Assembly (NCBI GenBank): GCA_965224085.1
Contig: CBDCYI010000011.1
Coordinates: forward strand, 544,001 to 608,000
Source: Candidatus Marinacidobacterales bacterium
Lineage (GTDB): Bacteria; Acidobacteriota; Vicinamibacteria; Marinacidobacterales; SMYC01
Reading direction: 5' to 3'
DNA length: 64,000 nt
Translations under genes and position numbers: made by a program
Part shown: positions 1-8,996 of the stretch, in pieces
Position numbering within the stretch: the first letter of the stretch is position 1
Layout of the letters: the number at the start of each line of letters is the position of its first letter
Notes under the pieces: model-generated
Seen by the model: the letters and a program-made list of their open reading frames with translations, nothing else
What the model was told of the DNA's origin: nothing
Databases searched by the model: none

Positions 1-170
1 GGAGTCTATGTACTCCTTTACCATCTCGTCCGTTATGCTTCCTGAACTCACCGCCAGATATCCTCGGGCCCAGAAGTGCCGGCCCCAAAACTTCTTCCTC
101 AGGTGAGCAAACTCCTGAAGGAGTACTCGGGAGCTTATTCCTTTTAGCCACTGCACGATCGTACTCAGGT
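1..170 (-). mobile_element. tnpA: Partial IS200/IS605-family tnpA, identical to part of the copy at 22986-23426; 5' half missing
   Basis: Bases 1-170 are the exact reverse complement of 23203-23372. Identity stops abruptly at 170. Confidence 0.9.
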
Positions 171-410
171 TCGACGAGAAGTACGGGTTCAGGCAAGGAG
201 AGATAATCGACGACATCGAAAAAGTGTCGGGTAAAATCGACGGGCTGTCGTCAAAGCTCGACGCGATGGGTCACCGGTTCAGCACCCTTGAGCACAATTT
301 TGGAGTATTCGGTCAGAAGCTAGACCTCATTGGGCCGTAGGACCGAGAAGATGGATAAGCGGCTCGAACGCGTAGAGGACCGGGTCGGTAACATCAAGGT
401 GAAGCTATGA
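170..410 (+). pseudogene. 3' part of a small coiled-coil protein (possible IS1595 passenger gene), 5'-truncated and frameshifted
   Basis: Reads FDEKYGFRQGEIIDDIEKVSGKIDGLSSKLDAMGHRFSTLEHNFGVFGQKLDLI, then after a 1-nt shift in GGG (~333) RTEKMDKRLERVEDRVGNIKVKL*. Heptad-like pattern; the stop overlaps the next ATG. Confidence 0.45.
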
Positions 411-598
411 GACCACCGATGATCATCCCCGAGCGCGACCTGGCCGGCGCCACGCCGGAGAGATTGGCCCGCGCGTTGCTGAGTCCCTTACGACCTCGCC
501 ATCGAACTGAGCCCGTTCTTGGCGACGAGGTCACGGTAGAGAAGTCGGTGTCCGACAAGCCGAGCGACGGTGTCGAGCATTTGGTCGAGAGTTCCTAG
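407..598 (+). CDS. Small hypothetical protein whose 3' end overlaps the IS1595 transposase on the opposite strand
   Basis: 63-aa ORF whose ATG is coupled (ATGA) to the upstream stop. 111-nt convergent overlap with the transposase. Confidence 0.4.
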   Translation: MRPPMIIPERDLAGATPERLARALLSPLRPRHRTEPVLGDEVTVEKSVSDKPSDGVEHLVESS

Positions 599-1468
599 GT
601 CGCGGATGTTGTGCTTCTCAGCGAACTCATTAACGTAGCGTTGTAAGTGCTTGGGGCTCATCTTGTGGAACGCCCCCTTGTGCGCCCGCTTGAGCATCGA
701 CCAGAAGCTCTCAATCCCGTTGGTGTGCACCATTCCGTTGACGTACTCTTTGACGCTGTGCTTCACCGTCTCGTGATTGGGTAGACCGACATAGCCTCTG
801 TGGTCGTCGGTGTAGAGCTTCGCGCTAGGATCGACATTCTTCGCGACGAAGCCTTGGAGCGTCGGTTGGTCGGTGTTGCCGATGACCTCGGCGCTGACAC
901 GGTTCGTCCGGCGGTCCTTCGCGCCGATGACGGCCGTCTTCCCTGCGGATCCTCGGCCCTTAATAGCCTGCTCGCGCTTGTGGGCGTGCTGCATGTTGCG
1001 AGCCTTCCCGCCGAAGAAGGTTTCGTCTACCTCGACAGGCCCGGCGAACGATTTGCCGTTAGGACCGCTCCACGCTTCTCGAATCCGATGGAGCATGAAC
1101 CAAGCCGCGGCCTGTGAGACGCCGATGTCTCGGTGGAGCTTCATGCTCGAGACGCCTTTGAGACTAGTCAAGCAGAGGTAGATGGCGATAACCCATTTGC
1201 GGAGCGCGATCTTAGAATGGGCAATAGGGGTGCCCGTGCGAACGCTGAAGTAGCTCCGGCAGGTGGAGCACCAGTAGGGCATCGGCTTTTCGTTCGGGAC
1301 TTCGCTGGTGCTGAGGCTACCGCAATGTCCGCAGCACCGAGTGCCATGCCAGATTGCAGCCTCGAACCATTTGGTTGCCGCTTCATCGGTCGGGAACATG
1401 TCCATGAGCTGAACAACGGTTATGCCTTCCCGGTGCCCTCGCCCTGGGGAGTTGTATCGCGTCATCAT
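488..1468 (-). mobile_element. IS1595-family DDE transposase (ISXO2-like domain with N-terminal Zn ribbon)
   Basis: CxxC...CxxC ribbon, VSSMKLHRDIGVSQAAAWFMLHRIRE HTH, VEVDETFFGG, LYTDD, VHTNGIESFWSMLKR and HLQRYVNEF motifs. Start placed at ATG 1468 from the promoter position. Confidence 0.93.
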
Positions 1469-1503
1469 GATCGTAGAATACACGATCACGGGTGCCTTGT
1501 CAA
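1468..1503 (-). promoter_or_regulatory. Sigma70 promoter of the IS1595 transposase, with an inverted repeat around the -10 box
   Basis: TTGACA (1503-1498), 17-nt spacer, TATTCT (1480-1475). TGATCGT/ACGATCA arms at 1468-1474 and 1482-1488. Confidence 0.75.
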
Positions 1504-1525
1504 GCGTTTCTTATAATTCCTAAAA

Positions 1526-1685
1526 TTAGGGTATGTAGAGTTCTTTTCCCCGGACGAGCTCGGAGACCCCGGTCACATGCCCGACCATTGCGCGAGGCCA
1601 TCTTGACGGTGCGGACAACCCATTCCTCATCGCGGATGACTACGCGAGCTCCCGGCGCCAAGGTGCGAGCAGCGGAACGAGGCAA
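1526..1685 (-). pseudogene. N-terminal remnant of an SNF2-type (DISARM DrmD-like) helicase, ending at the IS1595 boundary
   Basis: LAPGARVVIRDEEWVVR, then after a frameshift HVTGVSELVRGKE. This resembles the N-terminus of that helicase family from memory; not searched. Confidence 0.5.
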
Positions 1686-2143
1686 GGTGGCGCGGGCGGT
1701 TGAGTCGCCATCGTTAGGACGCCTATCTCATCGCGCGGTGCTGTTAGAGAATGGAGAGTGGTGGGTGCTCCCGCGTAGCGGGAATCGGATGAGCCGCCCC
1801 TGCTCGGGGGGACGGAAGGACCTTGGCTTGGCTGAGGTGTTTGCCAACTTGTCCGTCAGCGGGTCGAGGACGGGTGCTTGCTCCATCTACGGTTGCTGAT
1901 CCGCCCTATCCCCTTGAGAACGTGTTTCTTATGACCTTTTTTCCGTGACCTGAAGTTAACGGTGCCAAAATCGGCCGTAATCAATTGCGTCAGAGAGACT
2001 TGACTGCGTTTTGCAACACTAGATGACGGAAGCACCCGGCCGCCCGCATCTTGAATGTCTTTGACGACTTTCCCGAGGCGCGCGAGTCGCTCCTCACGCT
2101 CGGCGAGGTTTTGACGGTTGCACTCGACGGCAGCTTTCGTCCT

Positions 2144-2288
2144 TGCGATCGTTTGACCGTCGGGCGAGAGCGCGAGCGCCATGTTTGTGCCCTCGCGGAG
2201 CGTGACCTCGATGACGTCCTGCGCGGCACCAAGCTCGGGCGCGAGCGGGCAGCACGGCCAACAGAAAGAAAGATCCGAGCCTTTTCAT
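2144..2288 (-). pseudogene. 5' stub of a TolB/PD40 propeller(-amidohydrolase) gene
   Basis: Signal peptide MKRLGSFFLLAVL, then after a 1-nt shift AQDVIEVTLREGTNMALALSPDGQTIA. Similar to TDEGTWISLDISPDGSTIV of 38646 and the equivalent motif of 54192. Confidence 0.65.
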
Positions 2289-2296
2289 GGTCAGCC

Positions 2297-4306
2297 TTAC
2301 GGGCGCCCGTTGAAATGTGTCTGATACCAATCGATGCTGCGCTCGACGACGTCCACTTGGTGCGCGAGCTCACGGATGCCGTGGCCTTCTCGTGGGTAGC
2401 GCACCATGACTGTTTCGACGCCGACATCGTGGAGCGCAACATAGAACTGCTCCGCCTCTGCGATGGGCACATCGTTGTCGTTCTCGCCATGCAGAAACAT
2501 GACAGGCGTGCGCACGCGGCCGACATGTTTCAACGGTGAGCGCTCCCACAGACGATCCATGAGATCGTCTTGATGCGGGAAGGCGCCGTATTCGACCGCA
2601 AGATAGTCGTGGTAATAGGCCATGTAGTTGAAGCTAATGAGATTGGAGATGCCCGAGCGTGGAATGGCCGCCTTGAACATGTCTGTCTGCGTAATGATCC
2701 AATTGGTCAGCTGCCCCCCGTAGCTTCCGCCTTCGAGACCGAGACGCTCGCGGTCAACGAACGCGTAGCGGCGGAGCACCGCCTGCACGGCGTAAATCAC
2801 GTCCTTTGCTTCTCCGCCGTTCTGGTCAGAAAAGATCGCGTCCGCGAACGCTTGGCCATAGCCCGTCGAGCCGCGATAGTTCACTTGAAGTGTGGCCCAC
2901 CCTTTCGCGGCAAAGACCTGCGCTTTGTGGTTGAGGTGCGGTCCGCTCTGGCTGTGAGGTCCGCCTTTCAACACCGTCACGAGAGGATGCCGACTACCCG
3001 GCTTTCGATTCAAAGGCAGCGTGAGAAAACCCTCGACGGCCATCCCGTCGAAGCTCTGATATTGGAGCGAGACGGTCTCGGCGAGCTCGCGCTCCGCCAA
3101 CAGAGCTCGGTTGGAATCGCTGAGTTTGTCCGAGCCGAGATAGAGCTGAGGGAGGTCGTCCTCCCCGTGAAAAACATAGGCGACTTCACCATCAGGGCCG
3201 ATCGAGAATCCTCGGACGCGGCCCCGCTTTTGGATGACGGGCTCGCCTTCGCCACCCGACGATTTCAGTGGCACGCGATAGAGCGCCACGCTCCCTCGCT
3301 CCTGCACGGTGAAATAGACAGTCGTCCCATCGGGCGACCATTGCGGCGCGCCTTGACGGTTGTCGATCGTTGCGAGCTCGTGCCGGTTGCTGCCATCCGC
3401 GTCCATGACCCAGATATGCGTGTCCTCCATCGTCGTCTCGGAGCTCGTGAGACCGCGCGTCGTCCCTTGATAGGCGATCTTGGTCCCGTCCGGAGACCAT
3501 CGTGGCCGGTATTCCGCATTTTCCGTGCGGGTCAGTCTTCGAGTCTCGCCGTCGCCGCCGATGCCGACCGTGAAGATGTCGTAGTTGAAGAAACGATCGG
3601 GATCGGCCTCGCGGTTCGAAATGAACAGCACTTCGTCACCCTTGGGCGAGAAGCTGAGCGAGTGCTCGTAGAAGTGGCCTTCGGTGAGCTTCTGTACCGA
3701 GCCACCTAAAGCGCTCACGAAGAAGATATGGGTACGGCGATTGTCGTTGAAGCGCGTGTCCCCGGTCGACGCCGTCGGCTTGTAGAGATAACGGCGGATC
3801 ACGACAGGGTCACCCGTCTCATCAGCGCTCTCGGGACCGGGCTCGGACGACATGAAGGCAATGGAGCTTGAGTCCGGCGACCACGCGAGTCGCTCTCCCG
3901 AAGATGGCAACGGATGATTCGTTCCCGAGACGGGCGCGAGAAAGCGCTCGCTCCCTCCGGAAGCGTCAGTGACGATCAGCCCGAAACGTCCGCCGTCCAC
4001 ACCGAGAAGCGCGACTTTCGATCCGTCTGGAGACCAGCGAGCATGGATTCCGCCTTCTCCGGATTGGCGAAAAACCCGCGAGCGCTTCGACGCCAGATCG
4101 TAGAGCATGAGATTCGAAGTCGCCCGGTAAGGGCCGCTCGGGTCCGTCTCGGTATAGAGGATGGCCTTCCCATCGGCACGAAGAGCGACGTCACCGACGG
4201 AGCGAAGCGCGTGAAGATCTTCAGGCATCATCCCCGTCCTCTGCGCGAAAGCCGTGGAAACTGCCAACAAGGAAACGAGCAAGAGTCGTATCAATACTCT
4301 AATCAC
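2297..4306 (-). CDS. S9 family peptidase (acylaminoacyl/dipeptidyl aminopeptidase-like), exported
   Basis: Signal peptide, WSPDG/PD40 repeats, KGGPH, NYRGSTGYG, GGSYGG nucleophile, HGENDNDVP (Asp), REGHG (His). Confidence 0.93.
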   Translation of the reverse strand: MIRVLIRLLLVSLLAVSTAFAQRTGMMPEDLHALRSVGDVALRADGKAILYTETDPSGPYRATSNLMLYDLASKRSRVFRQSGEGGIHARWSPDGSKVALLGVDGGRFGLIVTDASGGSERFLAPVSGTNHPLPSSGERLAWSPDSSSIAFMSSEPGPESADETGDPVVIRRYLYKPTASTGDTRFNDNRRTHIFFVSALGGSVQKLTEGHFYEHSLSFSPKGDEVLFISNREADPDRFFNYDIFTVGIGGDGETRRLTRTENAEYRPRWSPDGTKIAYQGTTRGLTSSETTMEDTHIWVMDADGSNRHELATIDNRQGAPQWSPDGTTVYFTVQERGSVALYRVPLKSSGGEGEPVIQKRGRVRGFSIGPDGEVAYVFHGEDDLPQLYLGSDKLSDSNRALLAERELAETVSLQYQSFDGMAVEGFLTLPLNRKPGSRHPLVTVLKGGPHSQSGPHLNHKAQVFAAKGWATLQVNYRGSTGYGQAFADAIFSDQNGGEAKDVIYAVQAVLRRYAFVDRERLGLEGGSYGGQLTNWIITQTDMFKAAIPRSGISNLISFNYMAYYHDYLAVEYGAFPHQDDLMDRLWERSPLKHVGRVRTPVMFLHGENDNDVPIAEAEQFYVALHDVGVETVMVRYPREGHGIRELAHQVDVVERSIDWYQTHFNGRP

Positions 4307-4477
4307 TTTCAGACCTTTATCGATTTCAGATAAAACAGCAGAAGGGGCGAAAGCTCCGGAACGATATCATCCAAATCGACCAAAGTCTTCTTTCGGCCGA
4401 CCAAAAGAGTTGCATCAAGGACCACGGATGGAAGATCATGCGTCTTTCCGAGGGCACCCTACAGGTGGAGTTCAGAG

Positions 4478-4696
4478 ATGCGAAAACAGTTTCCGAGCGC
4501 GATGATTCGCGATCGCGGCCGTCGTCTCTTTTTACTCGTTCGCGACAACCCGAGGAGCCGTTCAGGAAGCGGGTTACCGGGCGCCACGGACGGCGGACGG
4601 TAAACCCGACCTGAACGGGATCTGGCAAGCTATCGGCTCGGCCCATTGGGACGTCGAACCGCATGCCGCGCGCATGGGACCCGTCGTCGAGCTTCG
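4478..4696 (+). pseudogene. 5' stub of an Acidobacteria-type secreted protein (PRTADGKPDLNGIW family)
   Basis: RBS and ATG at 4478, a frameshift, then GYRAPRTADGKPDLNGIWQAIGSAHWDVEPHAARMGPVVEL; truncated. Confidence 0.65.
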
Positions 4697-4801
4697 CTAC
4701 TTCGTACTATCGACCTCAAAACGCGCCGAGTCCAGATCGCGGGTACCAGCCATCATCCCTACGATGAACGGATGAGGCAGATGGCGTGAAACTTGGCGGA
4801 T
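4697..4801 (+). pseudogene. Fragment of an integrase-core (rve-type) transposase
   Basis: IDLKTRRVQIAGTSHHPYDERMRQMA*NLAD resembles the TRRVxIAG...PxxxWMxQxARNL segment of integrase-core transposases; internal stop. Confidence 0.5.
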
Positions 4802-4872
4802 GTCCAACGTCGAACTTCGCACGGTTACACTCAGAGCAATTTTGCTTAAACTTAAAAGTAGCGGCAATCGGG

Positions 4873-6309
4873 TCAGGGACTCTCTGTCAACGTGCTGATA
4901 ATAGGGCTAAGCGGCAGAGAATCCAGGTTTACCGGCTTGCCGTCCTTTATCACCATATTGATACTACGGTAGTTCTCTGCGTTTTCGAGTGGGTTGTTAT
5001 CAAGAATGACCAGATCGGCAATCTTGCCCTTCTCGAGTGTGCCGATATCGGCCTCTTTCTTGTAGGCCTTGGCAACGTTGCTGGTGGCCGACTTCAATAT
5101 CTCCATCGGCATCATGCCCATCTCCTGCAATGCTTTCAGTGCATTGAAATGGCCCTCTCCCAGCGATGTGCGCGGATCTACCTTGACAGCGCGCCTTCCT
5201 TCTGCCTCAGCGGCCAAAACAGGGTTTCTAATGCCGGCGTCGGTGGACATCAGCAAGACAACCCCCCCCTTGATCATGTTGCGGTGATTCACGTTCATGA
5301 TCTTTTGGAATTTGACAAAATAGTGATCCGGGTCCTTTTCAAGAAGCGCATCGAGACGCCGCTGTGTTATCGGCAAAATCGAACAGGGAATCTGGTGGTC
5401 GGCCATCTTCTTTATAGTCTCTTCCGGGATAGGTGTCGTCATTCCTGACACACCGCAGTGTGTCAAAATATCGATCCCGGCTTCAATGGCCATATCCAGG
5501 CTTTCCACTGATGAGGTATGGGTCTGTGCGGTGATTCCTGCTTTGTGGGCTTCCTCGATAATCACCTTCTGCACCCGCGGAGAGAAGGAAATAAAGCGCA
5601 TTTGGAGGCCGGCGTGACCACTGGCTCCATATTTCAGAAGATCTATATCCATCTTGACGTAATCGCGGATCTCCTTGCGGACCTCCTCCGGCCCCATAAA
5701 CAGCAGATCCTGGCCGGTATTCTCTTCCCATATGGCATTGATCCGCTTGGCAAAAGCCTTACTCACAAATTCGGCTGACTCCCCTCTGAAGTCCGAGGAC
5801 AGAGGACCGCCATAACCAACAATGTTGCCGGCCAAGTAGATGCGGCTGCCTGGAACCTCACCTTTGTTGATCATTTCACGGGCTTTGACTAGGGGTCCGC
5901 GAGGCCCCCAAGTGTCGAAAACCGTAGTTTGGCCCGTTTTGAGAGCAATTTGTGCGGCTTCGACAATAATTTCATCATAGCGTCCCTCATATTTGATGAG
6001 GGTTTCCAGGTCGCCGTTAAGATACAGGTGGAGATTGGCATCCATCAGGCCGGGTATCACGTATTTGCCTTGCGCATCGATTCTCCTCGCCGCGCTCGGC
6101 ATATCAACATCTGTGGATTTGCCAACCGCAGTGATCCGGCCGTCGGCAAAAAGAACAGTGCCGTTTTCAATGGGATCGCTGCCAGTACCGTCAATGATGG
6201 TAGCTCCGGTAATGGCAATGGTTTCCGCTTGCGCCAAAGAGGACCGGGCCAGAGCGATATGGATGAAAGTAAATCCCAAGAATACTGTTATGCGCTTGAA
6301 GCTTGACAT
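4873..6309 (-). CDS. Exported amidohydrolase, NxH variant, subfamily A (AH1)
   Basis: Signal peptide, GATIIDGTG, PGLMDANLH, KYGASGH, AQTH, LTH, STDAG, GKIADLVILDNNP. Visibly more AT-rich than neighbours. Confidence 0.93.
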   Translation of the reverse strand: MSSFKRITVFLGFTFIHIALARSSLAQAETIAITGATIIDGTGSDPIENGTVLFADGRITAVGKSTDVDMPSAARRIDAQGKYVIPGLMDANLHLYLNGDLETLIKYEGRYDEIIVEAAQIALKTGQTTVFDTWGPRGPLVKAREMINKGEVPGSRIYLAGNIVGYGGPLSSDFRGESAEFVSKAFAKRINAIWEENTGQDLLFMGPEEVRKEIRDYVKMDIDLLKYGASGHAGLQMRFISFSPRVQKVIIEEAHKAGITAQTHTSSVESLDMAIEAGIDILTHCGVSGMTTPIPEETIKKMADHQIPCSILPITQRRLDALLEKDPDHYFVKFQKIMNVNHRNMIKGGVVLLMSTDAGIRNPVLAAEAEGRRAVKVDPRTSLGEGHFNALKALQEMGMMPMEILKSATSNVAKAYKKEADIGTLEKGKIADLVILDNNPLENAENYRSINMVIKDGKPVNLDSLPLSPIISTLTESP

Positions 6310-6744
6310 TTCATCTCCCAGTAGTCAGTGTGATCGCGAAGTATAAATCAGACTTTCTCTGAAAGCCACACGCCTGCGGAACCCTGATAAATTGGTGATT
6401 GCGGCATCGCACGTGAAGATGGACAACCAGCCGAACGAAGACCTGAAGGACGGAGGCTTTCCTCCAATCCCGCTGGAACGGACGACGAAGAAGGGGCTTC
6501 GCACGAGGACATTTCCATGGCCGGTAGCGAGCCCGACAGCGCGGCCTCTTAATTGGCAGCTGCTCGATCCCTGGCGATCAGACCCACGGGCTATTTCCGC
6601 CGGCTTCAGCGGCTCGTTCGTTCAGTAGGGCCACGGAGCTTCCGGGTCGAAGCGCTGGACACGAATCGTGGGAAGGGCCTCGCGGTCGCTGACCCGCGTC
6701 TGAGTAACCCCGTTCACGGGTTTCACCGTTCATATTAATTTCAT

Positions 6745-6813
6745 ATGAATAATGATGAACCACAACCTACCTGGTCGAACGACGGACGCTGGATCTATTT
6801 TGGCTCCGCCCGA
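6745..6813 (+). pseudogene. Isolated PD40/TolB-like repeat remnant
   Basis: PQPTWSNDGRWIYFGSAR is one propeller-blade motif with no continuation. Confidence 0.4.
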
Positions 6814-6845
6814 TTCCTTCAACGTTGGTCAGGCCCGGAAAGATA

Positions 6846-7133
6846 TCAGCGCCGGGGCCGAAACATCGTGGCAGGTTCTGCCCATTGCGGTACCTCCTGC
6901 GCTCGGACCGCCCGTAGATTCTCGAGAGAGCGTTCGAGAGCCTCTCTGACCTCGGAGATCTGTTCCTCGTCGAACTTCTGGTCAGTAAAGGCGAGGAAAG
7001 CCTTCACGGACTCCTCCGAAAGCGCCCCCTCTTGCTCTACCTCCGCGCACATCGCGTTCAGGAGAGCGGTTCCTGCCACGCCAGCACCGCTGACGATCTT
7101 GGTGAACTGCCTTCGGCTGATCAGTTCGGTCAT
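6846..7133 (-). CDS. Small Tat-signal protein downstream of the amidase (GatC/AtzG-like accessory subunit candidate)
   Basis: GGAGG RBS, MTELISRRQFTK twin-arginine motif with a hydrophobic stretch, C-terminal LRAVRAQEVPQWAEPATMFRP. Confidence 0.75.
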   Translation of the reverse strand: MTELISRRQFTKIVSGAGVAGTALLNAMCAEVEQEGALSEESVKAFLAFTDQKFDEEQISEVREALERSLENLRAVRAQEVPQWAEPATMFRPRR

Positions 7134-7163
7134 GAGCGTTCCTCCAAACGATTCGTTCAAGGA

Positions 7164-8579
7164 TTAGTTCAAGGACGGGTGCCGTTGGTGCCATTTGGTG
7201 GCCTGTTCGTAAGCATGCGCGAGCTGAAGGATTCCACCCTCGTCGAACACGGCACCGACAAACTGGATTCCCACGGGCAGCCCTGCTGTTGTGAAGCCAC
7301 AAGGAACGGAGATGGACGGGGCGCCCACGAGGTTCGAGAAAGGACTGATCCTGGGCCGCGGCCTACCGCTTGGATCCTCTGGGTCGCCGCCTCGCGTGCG
7401 ATAGATCGTTTCGGGGGTCTCCGGTGCATCCGCCTCCCATGCTGTTGCCATCCAACTGGGCGCCACGAGCGCAGCATACTGCTGGAACAGCTCGCTGGCG
7501 TAGCGCATCATCTCGCCGCGAATCCTCTGCATCTTCAGATAATCGGTTGCAGGGATCATACGCGCGGCAGCCCATCGGGCGACCCGGTCCTTTCTGAGCA
7601 ACTCGTTGACTTTCGGAGAGTCGATGAGCGGCTCCCAAAAGCTGGCACCTTCGATACTGCCCAAACGTGAAACCTCCCGATAAGGAAGATCTGCCAGCTC
7701 CACATCTTCGAGAATGAGGTCGAGGTTTTCGAGCATCTCCAAGGACGCATTGAGAATTCCCCTCATCTCTGGATCTTCTGGCATGTCGAACTCGTCGCGG
7801 AGCACTGCAATCTTCTTTCCTTCGACGGGCGCTTTCGGTCGAAACTCAAACGGAGCGTCCACTGCTGTCGGATCGAGAGCGTCGGCTCCCATCACGTGCC
7901 CCAGCACAGTGGCGCAGTCTTCGACGTACCGACACATTGGCCCGGGCTTGTCCAGCGTCCAGCTGGCCACCATTATCCCGTGTCGACTTATGCGCCCGTA
8001 AGTGGGGCGCAGTCCAACGATTCCATTGACACTGGCTGGGGAGATGATCGAGCCTCCGGTTTCCGTCCCCAGGGAGAAGGCAGCCATGCCCGCGGCTATC
8101 GCCGCGCCAGGCCCGGCCGAGGAGCCGCTGCTGGAACGGCTGGTATCCCAGGGGCACCGGGTCGTGCCGCCGAACCACTTTGCACCTCCGGCTAACTCAC
8201 CTGTGGAAAGCTTCGCTATGAGGACGGCCCCAGCATCGTGAAGTGTCCGCACCACGGTAGCGTCATAGTCGAAGACCTGGCCCCGAAAGGCGGGCGAGCC
8301 CCATTGGGTAGGTATGCCGTCGGTGGCAAACAGGTCCTTGACTCCCCACGGGATCCCGTGGAGCGGTCCTCTGTAGTCGCCCTTCATGATCTCCGCTTCG
8401 GCAGCGCGGGCCTGCTCCATGGCCAAGTCTTCGGTGAACGTAACAACCGCGAAGAGCTGTGGCTCGAGCTTCTTTGCCCGCTCGATATAGGCGCGGGTCA
8501 GCTCAACCGGAGAGATCTCCCGCGCACGAATCATCGCGCCCAATTCGCCGATCGACTTAAAAAGGATGTCCTCGTTCAT
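7164..8579 (-). CDS. Amidase-signature family enzyme (GatA-like), no signal peptide
   Basis: GPLHGIPWGVKD (Lys), SSGSSAG (cis-Ser), GTETGGSI (nucleophile), GLPVGIQFVG. GGAGAGG RBS before ATG 8579. Confidence 0.93.
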   Translation of the reverse strand: MNEDILFKSIGELGAMIRAREISPVELTRAYIERAKKLEPQLFAVVTFTEDLAMEQARAAEAEIMKGDYRGPLHGIPWGVKDLFATDGIPTQWGSPAFRGQVFDYDATVVRTLHDAGAVLIAKLSTGELAGGAKWFGGTTRCPWDTSRSSSGSSAGPGAAIAAGMAAFSLGTETGGSIISPASVNGIVGLRPTYGRISRHGIMVASWTLDKPGPMCRYVEDCATVLGHVMGADALDPTAVDAPFEFRPKAPVEGKKIAVLRDEFDMPEDPEMRGILNASLEMLENLDLILEDVELADLPYREVSRLGSIEGASFWEPLIDSPKVNELLRKDRVARWAAARMIPATDYLKMQRIRGEMMRYASELFQQYAALVAPSWMATAWEADAPETPETIYRTRGGDPEDPSGRPRPRISPFSNLVGAPSISVPCGFTTAGLPVGIQFVGAVFDEGGILQLAHAYEQATKWHQRHPSLN

Positions 8580-8650
8580 GAACCTCTCCGTTTCAGCGGA
8601 GACCATAGAGGCCTCGATGGCACTTCGCCCGTCCCGTTTGGCGCAGTTTC

Positions 8651-8680
8651 GCAATACCGCAGTAACGAAGTACTTGTCAA
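8651..8680 (-). promoter_or_regulatory. Putative sigma70 promoter of the amidase operon
   Basis: TTGACA (8680-8675), 18-nt spacer, TATTGC (8656-8651). Confidence 0.4.
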
Positions 8681-8696
8681 ATGCGACCCTGTTCAG

Positions 8697-8840
8697 TTAG
8701 TCGGAAATGGCCGGCGCACCCGTGGCGGTAATCACCGTCCCGCCAACGATTGCAGTGAAATTTGCCTGTTCCTGTGCTTGGTTCCCACTCGGCGTGACAA
8801 GAGCGCCCAGGAAGCAAGTTGCTGCTATACGTCGGTTCAT
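8697..8840 (-). pseudogene. 5' stub of an exported amidohydrolase
   Basis: GGAGG RBS, then MNRRIAATCFLGALV...FTAIVGGTVITATGAPAISD*, which matches the TAIVGATVIDG start of the paralogs. Confidence 0.7.
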
Positions 8841-8996
8841 CTCATGTCCTCCTCTGTCCAAATTCGATTTGGGGTAGGGATTGCATCCGCGCTCGATTTG
8901 CGATAAGACCTTGCGAGTGTCCTGCACGTCCGTGACCCCAACCAGGCGACTAGCGGTGGACTCTGCTAAGCGCCTTTTTGCTTTGGAGAGAATGTC

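Noticed and set aside
1755-1795. TGGTGG...GCGGGAATCG resembling a reverse tRNA 3' end or att site
   Set aside because: No T-arm consensus or cloverleaf can be built; there is only a short hairpin.
6392-6740. Short ORFs between AH1 and the Tat protein
   Set aside because: No RBS or motif support; probably decayed sequence.
7164-8579. Calling the amidase gatA
   Set aside because: There is no gatB, the motif is GTETGGSII rather than GSDTGGSIR, and the partner gene carries a Tat signal.
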